From contig CBDCKW010000009.1 in NCBI GenBank assembly GCA_965218435.1, forward strand, positions 320,001 through 384,000: a stretch of 64,000 nt of DNA, written 5' to 3'. Made by a program: the position numbers and the translations under genes. Below are positions 1 through 9,412 of the stretch, in pieces. The notes beneath the pieces are model-generated. The model saw only the letters and a program-made list of their open reading frames with translations. It had not been told where the DNA came from and searched no databases. This DNA comes from Truepera sp. Lineage in GTDB: Bacteria > Deinococcota > Deinococci > Deinococcales > Trueperaceae. Within the stretch, counting starts at the first letter, position 1. Every line of letters begins with the position of its first letter.

Positions 1-574
1 TCGAGACGTTGACGGTCTCCCTGCCGCCGTTCGTCAGGGTCAAGGTGCGGGTGTCGCTCGAGGTCGAGCCGCCCGCCGTAAAGAGAACCTGCGCCGGATT
101 TGCGGCGAGGCTGCCGCCCGTGCTGGGGCCTGAACCTGTACCGGTGGTAAAGGTGCTGGTAAACGGCGTCAGAGCGGTGCCGTCGGCGGTTTGCACGTCG
201 GCGGTTACCTTAAAGGTGTACACCGTCATCGTGGCGAGGTCGGTGGTCGGATCGAGGACTAAGGTGTTGCCTTCCATCGTCCGCGCGGCTGGAACTACAG
301 CCCCGGCCGCGTCGGTCAAGGAGACTGACTGATCGGTCAGCGTGGTCACGTTGAGTTGCCCGCTACCCGGTAAGTTCAGCGTCGCGCGGACGCTGCTGCT
401 CGTTCCGACGTTGGGCGCGCCGTTGGTTGGAGCAACACTGCTTACGCCGGGTGCGCCTGATCCGGGCGGGGAAAAGAGGCCACATGCTCCCAGGCTTACG
501 GCGAGAACGGTGACGCCCAAGACTTGCGTAAGAAAACGTTTCGTTCGGGCTGAGGCTATAAAACCTTGGTTCAT
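1..574 (-). CDS. Ig-like domain lipoprotein (N-terminal part; runs off the window edge; absent from ORF track)
   Basis: Hand translation from ATG 574: MNQGFIASARTKRFLTQVLGVTVLAVSLGAC (lipobox LGAC), then VSSVAPTNGAPNV...LVLDPTTDL...YTFKVTADV...PFTSTFTTG (Big_5/SbsA-like Ig pattern) and the start of a second Ig-like module. No stop before position 1. Confidence 0.8.
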   Translation of the reverse strand, partial: MNQGFIASARTKRFLTQVLGVTVLAVSLGACGLFSPPGSGAPGVSSVAPTNGAPNVGTSSSVRATLNLPGSGQLNVTTLTDQSVSLTDAAGAVVPAARTMEGNTLVLDPTTDLATMTVYTFKVTADVQTADGTALTPFTSTFTTGTGSGPSTGGSLAANPAQVLFTAGGSTSSDTRTLTLTNGGRETVNVS

Positions 575-1259
575 CAAGTGACCTGTCGGGAACAGCGGAG
601 CAGAAGATGGCGTGCGGCTAACATAAAAACCTCCAGGGATTACGCGGACACGGCGCGGCTTGGTGCTCTGCCTGTCCTACTTTTAGGTACGCACCGTTAG
701 AGTACGTTACACACTGATATTGTAAAAGCCTGAGCTGAATCAGTCGGGTACAGACATTACAGGATTGTCGGCCGCACTGAGTAGGATTATCCTCACTTTA
801 GAAGTATTGCAGGTCGCTCAGCACCCAGGCAGCTGTCAGCCCGCCACAAAGACCGTAAAAACTGCAAAAGGCAGCTGCGAAGACATTTTTAGAAAATGGG
901 CGTTCGCCACTTGACCTCACCTGTTTTCTGCAATTGACCGAACGGTCACCCGGTCTGCAAATCGTAAAAATATTTTGTCGGCAGCAGGCAAGTTTGGCGG
1001 TGTAGCACGCCTTAAGCCGACGCAGGTCTTCACGACTTAATACCACTTTGCACACGCTTTAGCTGTGCACTTTTTAACAGTGCAAATTTTAATAGGGTAA
1101 AAGCTCTCGGCGTAAACAAGTAGCATAGGAAATGCCGTTAATGCGCAGTTTGCCTCATATCCTACGCCGGTAAACCTGTTAGAGTCCTTTAAGAAGGTGA
1201 GCTACCTTAAGTAGTTTGGTGTTACTCGGGTAGCCTTATCCCGGAATTTTGGAGTCGTT

Positions 1260-1790
1260 ATGCACGTCTGGGTCATTACAGATTTTCAGGTTCTTAACAA
1301 AGCTCTGACTGAACTCGTCTCGAGCCTAGGGTTTCACGCGCATAATACCCAAACGCCCGAGGTCGAAGTAGCCCTCGTCTACCTGACGCGGACGCTGCCG
1401 CCCTATCCGGCACCTGCGCCGGTCCCGACGCTGGCGCTTTTTTCCGGCAACGAAGACGAAGTGATCCGGCTGTTGCAACGCGGCTACCGTGGTTATTTGG
1501 GACCCGACGATCCGCTCAGCCGCCTGAAGCTGGCGCTCGAGGCGCTTCGCCGTGGTGAAATCTGGGCGAGCCGTGAGCTGCTGACCCGCACGTTGGGCAC
1601 GCTTGCCGCCCCCCAACTGACCGAACGCGAGCGCGAAGTGCTGCAGCTTTTGGCCGGGGGTCTCAGTAACCGCGCGATTGCTAAAGAGCTGGGGATTTCA
1701 GAGCGCACCGTCAAGGCGCACGTGTCGAACCTATTTGATAAACACGGTGTCAGAAACCGAACCGAACTCGTTTCTCAAGTTCAGCCCTAA
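1260..1790 (+). CDS. LuxR/NarL-family transcription factor with degenerate receiver domain
   Basis: C-terminal LTEREREVLQLLAGGLSNRAIAKELGISERTVKAHVSNLFDKHGVRNR LuxR HTH; N-terminal REC-like region lacks the phospho-Asp. Confidence 0.9.
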   Translation: MHVWVITDFQVLNKALTELVSSLGFHAHNTQTPEVEVALVYLTRTLPPYPAPAPVPTLALFSGNEDEVIRLLQRGYRGYLGPDDPLSRLKLALEALRRGEIWASRELLTRTLGTLAAPQLTEREREVLQLLAGGLSNRAIAKELGISERTVKAHVSNLFDKHGVRNRTELVSQVQP

Positions 1791-2034
1791 AGCTTTTAGC
1801 AGCGTAAGTTTCAACCTCTTGTAAAGGTAACCCTACAAGCTTAATAACGCCGAAGGGACAAAGCAGAGAGCGGAATGTAGTAGTAAGTCTGTTCTGGAAG
1901 ACAAGCTGTTATCATTGTCGTATCAGCGTAAGCACTGAACACAGTTGATATCATCACAGACTATGACGTGTATACAACTGTTCCACTACGCTTGGATTTA
2001 ATGACCCCTACACTAAATCAATATTAAAGACAAA

Positions 2035-2069
2035 GATGGGCTGGATTGCTTCAAGTAATCCAGCTCATC
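2035..2069 (-). terminator. Probable intrinsic terminator between convergent genes
   Basis: GATGGGCTGGATTGCT-TCA-AGTAATCCAGCTCATC hairpin, T-rich tail on the minus strand. Confidence 0.6.
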
Positions 2070-2078
2070 CAAACGGCG

Positions 2079-2738
2079 TTAAAAAGCGCCAACGTTAACA
2101 CCATACTGTATATATAGCGAGGGGGCTAAGCGGGAGTTCGATTCATAAGAATAAGCTTTATGTGTCCCTGATCCTTGAATCATAAATGCCATCTTGTTTC
2201 CACTGCGCCAACCAGGGCGAGATATGATTTCTCTTACAATTCTAGTAACGTCAACAGCATACAGCTTGCCACTAGTCCAATCTAATGGTGTCCATATCTC
2301 ACCCGCATAGGTTTCTACTCTGTTACTGATGCTAGGACGACCGTTAATAAAAGAAGCAGCATTGTCAACGTCATTGCCGAAAATATACAAATACGAGTTA
2401 TTACGGCTTGAATTTCCTTTTGCGTAGAAGAGAAGACGAGCTGAAAGAAGGTTTTGGCTTTTGACTATGGGAACTGTAAATCTTAGGCCAACTAGCTGTT
2501 CGACGCTACTCTCGCCTAACTCCAAAGTCGAGCTTCCAAGTTGTGTGTAGCGGTTTGCCTCTTCGGCATCGTTGCTACCGCTCGTAATCTTCGAATTGTA
2601 TGTACAGAAATCATTGATGTAGTCGCAACTAGTCGGTTCCAAGCTACTAACATCATTCTTTGTTGGTCCAACTCCTCCGCAAGCTGAGAGAAACACTATC
2701 GTTGATAAAGCTGAGAGCCTAAACAATCGTAGACGCAT
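2079..2738 (-). CDS. AT-rich lipoprotein with a beta-sandwich domain of the kind seen in secreted adhesin/carbohydrate-binding proteins
   Basis: Lipobox FLSAC; SGSNDAEE...VGLRF...EIISRPGWRSGN...APSLYIQY pattern; visibly AT-richer than flanks. Confidence 0.65.
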   Translation of the reverse strand: MRLRLFRLSALSTIVFLSACGGVGPTKNDVSSLEPTSCDYINDFCTYNSKITSGSNDAEEANRYTQLGSSTLELGESSVEQLVGLRFTVPIVKSQNLLSARLLFYAKGNSSRNNSYLYIFGNDVDNAASFINGRPSISNRVETYAGEIWTPLDWTSGKLYAVDVTRIVREIISRPGWRSGNKMAFMIQGSGTHKAYSYESNSRLAPSLYIQYGVNVGAF

Positions 2739-2978
2739 TGTTTTCCTTTCTGAACTGTTTTAGTGAGTGCACTATGCCCAACACAATTAGAACCCCAAGC
2801 CCCCTCTTCTGAATAATTACCCAAGAGGATACTAGCAAATAATCTAGTTCATGTCAACGCTTTATCATCTCTACGTCCTTAAGCTACCGAACAAACTTTT
2901 TCCGATAGTTTTTCCCCTTGTATGTTCCGTATGGTAAAAGCGATTTTAGTGGCTAATACGGCTGTGCTACCCTGGGGG

Positions 2979-3722
2979 ATGCGCCTTTTAATCTCTAACG
3001 ATGACGGTATCTACAGCCCCGGTATCCGCGCCTTAGCTGAAGTCGCGCGTGAGTTCGGCGAAGTCCGTATTGTCGCGCCCGACGTTGAGCAGTCGGCGAT
3101 GGGTCACGCCATTACCATTTCTAGGCCGCTGACCTACCACCAAACGCCGATTGAAGGCTTTGAAGCGTACCGCGTCAACGGTACCCCGGCAGACTGTGTG
3201 GCACTTGGGGCCGACCTCTGGGCCGACGTGGATTTGGTGTTGTCGGGTATTAACCTGGGCCTCAACTTGGGCCACAACGTGTGGCATTCGGGGACGGTCG
3301 CTGCGGCGAAACAAGCCGCCTTTTTAGAGATTCAGGCGATTGCCTTTAGTGCTCCCTATGAGGGCACGCTCCCGGACTATGAGGTGCTGAAGCCGTTTGT
3401 CCGGGACATCGTTACGCGCCTGTTGGAGGAGCCGAAGCTGCCGCTGGTGAATGTGAACTTACCCCTCGAGCCCCAAGGCGTCCGCTGGACCCGGCAGTCG
3501 GTCCGGCACTACGAAGGCAGCGTCGTTCCCGGTGAAGACCCGATGGGCCGCTCGCACTACTGGTTCGCGGCCTATCCGCGTACCGGAGCCGAAAAAGGCA
3601 CCGACCGCTGGGCGCTGGAAAATAATTACGTCTCGCTGACGCCCTTACGCCTCGACCTGACGGATGAAAAGCTCCTGGCTGAGGCGGTCACCAAGGCGAA
3701 AGAGGCGCAGGTTTCCGGATAA
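2979..3722 (+). CDS. surE: 5'/3'-nucleotidase SurE
   Basis: [31 protein letters not shown] and SGTVAAA motifs; start moved to ATG 2979 ([10 protein letters not shown]). Confidence 0.95.
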   Translation: MRLLISNDDGIYSPGIRALAEVAREFGEVRIVAPDVEQSAMGHAITISRPLTYHQTPIEGFEAYRVNGTPADCVALGADLWADVDLVLSGINLGLNLGHNVWHSGTVAAAKQAAFLEIQAIAFSAPYEGTLPDYEVLKPFVRDIVTRLLEEPKLPLVNVNLPLEPQGVRWTRQSVRHYEGSVVPGEDPMGRSHYWFAAYPRTGAEKGTDRWALENNYVSLTPLRLDLTDEKLLAEAVTKAKEAQVSG

Positions 3723-3740
3723 AGCATCGAGCTTGCAAGC

Positions 3741-4505
3741 TTATCCAGCTAAGTCGGCTCTACCGAAACCCTCAGCCGCGCTGACCTCGAAGTAACGTCT
3801 GACCCAAGCCTCCGAAACCTCATCGGCAAGCCGTTCTTGCGGCAGTTCCGGGAGCGACCAGCCGGGGGCGGGCTCGAGCCCTAAAAAGTCTAAAATTCCG
3901 CGTACCGCACGCTCGGGTGCCCGCACATAATCTTCGTAGACGACGGTGTAAGGTGTGGCCTCGACTTCGTCGAAAAAACTCTGCCAGCGCGCCTCACGTA
4001 AGGCTAGTTCGTGAACCCAACTGTTGAGCGTGGCAAAGTCAAATTCGGCGTTACCTGCCGCAACTGAGGGTGCTTCACCTCGGTAACGTGCCCATACCCC
4101 CGAGGTACTCGCCCGCATGTATGAGACCGCCTGCCGCACCTTATCGCGCCGCGTTAGATAGACAAAGCGGAGGCCCGGAAACGCCCGCCGCACCGCGTCG
4201 GCGTCGCTTAACTGCGGCGCAGCGAGCCGTTCGCGTAGGGCGTCGAAGGTAGGATTGGCGTCCACGTCGAGCATGACTTTAACCCCGAAGACCCCGTTGG
4301 CGGTGGCTGTTTGCGTGGTTACGGCGTCCAGATAGCTGCTCGCGGTAGCGGCCCCGAAGCGCCCAAAAAGCCCTGGCCAGAAGCGGCGGTTAAAGTATTC
4401 GGTCGGGCGTCCGGCGACGCCGGTTCGCTCGAGCGCGTCCCCGAGCGCCGAAGAGCCGCTACGAGGTGTGGTGCAGAGCCAGTACGAAGGGTTAGAGAAG
4501 GTCAC
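3741..4505 (-). CDS. Stf0-family sulfotransferase
   Basis: YWLCTTPRSGSS PAPS-binding loop, GRPTEYF, NGVFGVKVM, LTRRDKVRQAVS; likely start GTG 4505. Confidence 0.85.
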   Translation of the reverse strand: MTFSNPSYWLCTTPRSGSSALGDALERTGVAGRPTEYFNRRFWPGLFGRFGAATASSYLDAVTTQTATANGVFGVKVMLDVDANPTFDALRERLAAPQLSDADAVRRAFPGLRFVYLTRRDKVRQAVSYMRASTSGVWARYRGEAPSVAAGNAEFDFATLNSWVHELALREARWQSFFDEVEATPYTVVYEDYVRAPERAVRGILDFLGLEPAPGWSLPELPQERLADEVSEAWVRRYFEVSAAEGFGRADLAG

Positions 4506-4584
4506 GTTCTCAGCATGAAGTACCCCACGCGGCTCGTTAGCGGGGTACTTCACGGTTAGCTGGGGTCTTGGTCTAGGTGAACAC

Positions 4585-4953
4585 TCAGCTTGGTGCGGCG
4601 GATTTAGGCACAATCTGCGTAGCGACGCATTGCCAGCTTTCGTTACGTTTGGCGTAGACCCGCATATAGCGCTGTTTAAGTTCTAACGTTTTGCCAACGC
4701 CGTAAAAAGCGCTGGTAACTACGGCTGTGTCCCCAAAAAGCAACAGCCTGACGTCTTCATACGTGACGGAATCAAAAAGGTTCGGGTGTGACGCCAGCAT
4801 TTCTAGCAAGTCTTGCTTTGTCATTGTCTGACCTGCTGGCCCGACGCCTACCCAATCGTCGGCAACAACGTTACTGACAGTCTCGAGGTCGCCTTCTCGA
4901 GGAGCCTTGCTCCAGGTTTCCTCGAGAGCCAAAACTGCTTCAGCATCATTCAT
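4585..4953 (-). CDS. NTF2-like (DUF4440/SnoaL) protein
   Basis: LEETWSKA...GDLET...ADDW...GDTAVV...RVYAKRNESWQ pattern, 122 aa. Confidence 0.85.
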   Translation of the reverse strand: MNDAEAVLALEETWSKAPREGDLETVSNVVADDWVGVGPAGQTMTKQDLLEMLASHPNLFDSVTYEDVRLLLFGDTAVVTSAFYGVGKTLELKQRYMRVYAKRNESWQCVATQIVPKSAAPS

Positions 4954-4964
4954 TTAAGTCACCT

Positions 4965-5825
4965 CTACCCCTTGACCGACCCCGCCAGCAACCCTCGGAT
5001 AAAATAGCGGCCCAGGATAATGTAAATGAGCAGCGTCGGCAGCGCCGCCAAAATCGCCCCGGCCATCGGTAAGTTCCAGTTCACCGCTTGCCCGCCTGCG
5101 AGGTTAGCAAGCCCCACGGTGATGGGCTGCGTCTGCTGATTGGTCAGCGTAATAGCGAACAAAAACTCGTTCCACACCTGCGTAAACTGCCAGATAATCA
5201 CCACCACAAAGCCGGAAACCGAGAGCGGAAAGACGACTCGCCAGTAGAGGCCGAAAAATCCGGCCCCGTCTATCTTGCCCGCCTCGAGCATCTCATCGGG
5301 GATTTCGGCGTAAAAGTTTCTGAAAATTAGGGTAGTAATCGGCAACCCGTACACGATGTGCGTCAAGATCAGGCCCCAGAGCGAGCCGTAAAGTCCCAAA
5401 TCGCTCAAGAACTGAAAGAGCGGAATCAGGATGCTCTGATACGGAATAAACATGCCGAATAAAATCAGCGGAAAGACGATGTTCGCGCCCGGAAAGCGCC
5501 ACTTTGAAAGCACGTAGCCGTTGAGTGACCCCAAAATCGCCGAGCCGAGCGTCGCCGTAACCGTTAGGGCCAAGCTGTTACGGAGCTGCGGGGCAAACGT
5601 CGCCCAGGCCGTTTGAAAACTCGACCAGTTCCAGGCCGTCGGCAGCCGCCAAGTATTTTGCAAACTGATGTCGGCGGGCGCTTTAAGGCTGGTAACGACC
5701 ACCAGATAGATCGGTAACAGATAAAAAAGTGCTGCAATGACAAGGAGCACGTAAACAACCCAGCGAAACCGCCGTGGGTTGGCGGTTTTGGTATTGGGTT
5801 CGCGTACCACAGTTACCGCGCTCAT
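4965..5825 (-). CDS. Carbohydrate ABC transporter permease (MalG-like)
   Basis: Multiple TM helices, EAA loop [22 protein letters not shown]. Confidence 0.95.
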   Translation of the reverse strand: MSAVTVVREPNTKTANPRRFRWVVYVLLVIAALFYLLPIYLVVVTSLKAPADISLQNTWRLPTAWNWSSFQTAWATFAPQLRNSLALTVTATLGSAILGSLNGYVLSKWRFPGANIVFPLILFGMFIPYQSILIPLFQFLSDLGLYGSLWGLILTHIVYGLPITTLIFRNFYAEIPDEMLEAGKIDGAGFFGLYWRVVFPLSVSGFVVVIIWQFTQVWNEFLFAITLTNQQTQPITVGLANLAGGQAVNWNLPMAGAILAALPTLLIYIILGRYFIRGLLAGSVKG

Positions 5826-6940
5826 CGCCGCACCTCCCCGCGGAGGCTCGAGTACAGGTAAGGGACGATCACGAGCGCGACCAGTACGAGTAAGATCATG
5901 GCAATCGCGGCTCCTTGCGCAAACTGATTGGCGCGAAACGCCTGCAAGTACATTAAAAGCGCCGGGACATCGGTCGTGGCGTTGTCAGCCCCGGCCATTG
6001 CGAAAATCAAATCGAAAATCTTGAGACTGATGTGCCCCAAAATAATCATCGCCGAGAGCGTAATGGGTGCTAGCAGCGGCAAAATCACAAAGCGGTAGAG
6101 CTGCCACTCGCTCGCACCGTCGCTCCGGGCGGCTTCGCGCAGGTCATCGGGAATCCCGCGCAGACCCGCAAGATAAAGCGCCATCGTGTAGCCCGACATC
6201 TGCCAGACCGCCGCTAAAATGATGCCGATAAACGCCAAGTTAAAGCCGTGTACTTCAGGATTCGCCAAGATGACGGTGCTACGTGCGCCGGTCAACGTCC
6301 ACGCTAACAGTCCGAGCGTGATGATACTAACGACGACGCCCTGCGTGCGCCGTCCGTTACGAAACGCTGCGATGAGAACAAAAATGAGCACGACGGAAAC
6401 GATCAGGCCGGTAAAAAAGGGCAGGTTTTGCCAGTTAAACTGCCACACCTGCACCCGCGACGAGAGCCAGCGAAACGTACCGGCGGGTAGACCGATCGCC
6501 GTCGGTAAGACGTTGACGCCGCCTTGGGGTTGGAGCATCCAGCGCCAGATGGTCCCGGTGACGATAAACGCGAGCGCCATCGGAAAGAGAAACACGGTGC
6601 GGAAAAACGCCTCGCCCCGGACGTTTTGCTCTAAGAGGATTGCCAGACCCAACCCGAGCCCGAGGCAACCGGCCAAAAAGAACACCGTAAAAAAGAAGGT
6701 GTTGACCAAGTCTTGGCGAAAGCGTGCTTGGCTCGCGGCCGTAAAGAGCTCGCGGTAGTTTTCAAAACCGATAAATTTAAGTATCGGATTAAGCGCCAGC
6801 GCCTGCACCGGGTCTTGCCCCCAGTTGGTCAGTGAGGTGTAAAACGTCTGACCGATGAAGCCGTAGACGAATACACCGAGCAAAACGAGGGACGGGAGCA
6901 GCATCAGGACGGCTGTTAGGCGGTCTCGAGAAAACCTCAT
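5822..6940 (-). CDS. Carbohydrate ABC transporter permease (MalF-like)
   Basis: FIGFENY, EAA loop [23 protein letters not shown]; 4-nt overlap with the downstream permease. Confidence 0.95.
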   Translation of the reverse strand: MRFSRDRLTAVLMLLPSLVLLGVFVYGFIGQTFYTSLTNWGQDPVQALALNPILKFIGFENYRELFTAASQARFRQDLVNTFFFTVFFLAGCLGLGLGLAILLEQNVRGEAFFRTVFLFPMALAFIVTGTIWRWMLQPQGGVNVLPTAIGLPAGTFRWLSSRVQVWQFNWQNLPFFTGLIVSVVLIFVLIAAFRNGRRTQGVVVSIITLGLLAWTLTGARSTVILANPEVHGFNLAFIGIILAAVWQMSGYTMALYLAGLRGIPDDLREAARSDGASEWQLYRFVILPLLAPITLSAMIILGHISLKIFDLIFAMAGADNATTDVPALLMYLQAFRANQFAQGAAIAMILLVLVALVIVPYLYSSLRGEVRR

Positions 6941-7164
6941 ACGAATATCTCCTAATTAAATAGCCTTACTTCAGCCAGCTCGAGCATACAGGTTCAAGGT
7001 GTTTAAGGAACCGACTGTTACCGCCTTGTCGCAACTGTTGCCGTCTGGTACGTCGGTAGTCATGAAGCCAATCGTCAGAAGCTTGCCAGCTCTTTGTGTC
7101 TTTGACGCGTCTTGTTGGGGCTAACATCACACATCAGCAAAAACCCAACCCAGACCTGTGCTGC

Positions 7165-7203
7165 AAAAAAGAACGCCGAGTGGCGTGTGGCCCTCGGCGT
7201 TCT
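7165..7203 (-). terminator. Terminator-like stem-loop between binding-protein and permease genes
   Basis: Minus strand AGAACGCCGAG...CTCGGCGTTCT followed by TTTTT. Confidence 0.75.
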
Positions 7204-7217
7204 CCGGTTACAAAAGC

Positions 7218-8447
7218 TCAGCTCCCGCCGATACCCGTGCGGGTGGCGAGTTCTTGGGCGGCGGCCCCGGCTTGGGCGGCGTCACCCGAGCTGAGGTAGC
7301 CTTCTAAGACATTGGCGAATTCGCTCATAAAGGTTTCGTTGGCGACTGCGCCGTGAACGAGCGAGCCGACCTGCGTGTCGTTGCTGTAGTCCTGATACGC
7401 TGACTTTGAATAAGCGTTGTAGACGCTCTGATCGGCGTCAAGACGCGGCGAGATCGAGCCTTTCAGCGGGTTGAAGGTATCTTGTCCTTGTTTGGAGCTG
7501 ACCAGCGTCAACCACGCCATCGCTTGGTCGGGATCGGGCGCACCGACCGGCAAGCCGAACGAATCGGCTAACAGGACGAAGGTACCGTCGGTTCCGGGAG
7601 ACGCTTCCCAACCGAAGTCCTTGTGGGGTTTAAGGTTTAGGGTCGTGGTCATGTAACCGGCGGCCCAGTCGCCCATGACGTTAAAGGCGGCCTCACCGTT
7701 CACGACCCGATCGGTGGCCTGTTGCCACGACAGTCCGGCAGCGTCGTCGTTGGTGCATTTCATGATCTTGCCGAAGGTATCCCAGACAGACACGGCCTCA
7801 GGTGAGTCGAAAGCCAGGTCACCCGACCAGAGCGCGTTCCAGTTGTCGGGTCCGAGCACCGAGACCGCTACCGATTCCCAGAGGTGCTGCTGCGTCCAGG
7901 GTTCGGCGACAACGAGCGGCGTCACACCTTGGTCTTGAAGGGTCGGGCACAGCTGCAAAAACTCGTCCCACGAAGTCGGCGCGGAGACGCCCCACTCTTT
8001 AAGCTTAGCGGGCATATACCACATCACGTTCGAGCGGTGAACATCAACCGGGACGCTCCAGATGCCGTTATCGGTGCTGATCAGGTTGAGGAGACTTTCG
8101 GGGAAGGCGTCGTTTAGGCCCTCGTCTTGAAACATGCTCGAGAGGTCTTCCATCCGCTGCGCTGCGACCCAGGTGCCGATCAGTTCTTGACCCGCGTGAA
8201 CCTGAAACGAGTCGGGCGGATCGCCGCCTAACATCCGCGTTTTTAGCACGGCGCGGGCATTGACCCCTGAGCCCCCGGTGACGGTCGCGTTCACCACGTC
8301 GGTGCCGGGGTTTTGCTGTTTGTAGAGCTTGATCATAGCTTCTAACGCGGGGCCTTCGTCCCCGGCCCACCACGAGAAAATCTCGAGCCTCTGCGCCTGC
8401 GATACCGACAGCAAGGCGGCAACTAAAATAACAGCCAGTCTTCTCAT
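7218..8447 (-). CDS. Sugar (glucose-type) ABC transporter substrate-binding protein
   Basis: Signal peptide; [38 protein letters not shown], as in Thermus-type glucose-binding proteins. Confidence 0.9.
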   Translation of the reverse strand: MRRLAVILVAALLSVSQAQRLEIFSWWAGDEGPALEAMIKLYKQQNPGTDVVNATVTGGSGVNARAVLKTRMLGGDPPDSFQVHAGQELIGTWVAAQRMEDLSSMFQDEGLNDAFPESLLNLISTDNGIWSVPVDVHRSNVMWYMPAKLKEWGVSAPTSWDEFLQLCPTLQDQGVTPLVVAEPWTQQHLWESVAVSVLGPDNWNALWSGDLAFDSPEAVSVWDTFGKIMKCTNDDAAGLSWQQATDRVVNGEAAFNVMGDWAAGYMTTTLNLKPHKDFGWEASPGTDGTFVLLADSFGLPVGAPDPDQAMAWLTLVSSKQGQDTFNPLKGSISPRLDADQSVYNAYSKSAYQDYSNDTQVGSLVHGAVANETFMSEFANVLEGYLSSGDAAQAGAAAQELATRTGIGGS

Positions 8448-8783
8448 CTTTACTCCTGTTCGTTCACGTTTTGTTCCGGTGCTTATTTTAACCTATAGGA
8501 GTGTTGGATGTGGTGAAAGTTTAGCGATCGTAGTGGGGATTTGCTGGATTTATACTTTGAGAAGATAGAGAATTTGAAACAGCTTGCCTGGTGGTTGCAC
8601 GCAACAATCGCCTATTTGGATCGTCCGCTGAATTCGCCGTCGTCCTACTAATTCTCCAGGCACCGGAGCGGATTGTCCTTTGGGCGAAGCTCCGGTGCAT
8701 TTTCAAAATCAATCCTTAACGCCTGAGCTGAGGGACTTTCGTAGAGCGCACGTGCGGAACAAACGACTTTTTCCAACAAGTTG

Positions 8784-9245
8784 TCATGTACCAAAGGTTC
8801 GTTTTCTAACCTCGGCGATGAACTCGGGCCAGCCTGGGCGCTCTTGCGGCCTCCACAAATTATGGATAAACGTCTCGGCTTCGGTGTGGCTCCATAACCC
8901 GTGTGACTCAGCGTAAAGGGCGTAGAAGGCGCTGACGCGGTAGTTTGCGGCACAGTGAATATGGAGTTTCCTCTCTTTTGCTCTTTCAACTGCCGAGACA
9001 AATCGATCGTAATCCGCGAGGGTAGGATGTTTGAAATCAACCGGGATATAGACGTATTTTACCCCTTGTTCTTCGATGATTTCCCGTTCGTTTTCAACAG
9101 CGTATTCGCTCTCGTCCGGGAGCAGATTGATAACGACGTCGTACCCCTCCGACCTGAGACCTGCTAGACGACCTGCTCCCACGACGCCCGAAGTTGTCAG
9201 GAAATCGTTGACGCGCCTGAAGTTATGGCTGTTCTCTATGGTCAT
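8784..9245 (-). CDS. Protein-tyrosine-phosphatase-like protein (DUF442/BLH-like)
   Basis: CX5R loop HCAANYR; VINL and YVYIPV motifs. Confidence 0.8.
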   Translation of the reverse strand: MTIENSHNFRRVNDFLTTSGVVGAGRLAGLRSEGYDVVINLLPDESEYAVENEREIIEEQGVKYVYIPVDFKHPTLADYDRFVSAVERAKERKLHIHCAANYRVSAFYALYAESHGLWSHTEAETFIHNLWRPQERPGWPEFIAEVRKRTFGT

Positions 9246-9412
9246 GATGTTATTGACGCATAATTAGGGTTGTCTCGAGGTTTATAGGCTGACATCAACA
9301 GAAACTTTTTTACAGCATAGAAATGGAAGAGCTGGCAAAAATAAGGTTTGGATGGGCGCTTACTCAGCAGCAAGGTTCACTTTTTTGAACCTCATATGTT
9401 CATAATAGAAGG

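Noticed and set aside
9..581. Plus-strand ORFs 9-332 and 342-581
   Set aside because: Antisense shadows of the minus-strand Ig lipoprotein.
9255..9282. dif- or attC-like site TTGACGCATAA-TTAGGG upstream of the phosphatase, with a weak echo near 8595
   Set aside because: Only one arm resembles Xer/attC consensus, there is no convincing partner site and no recombinase gene.
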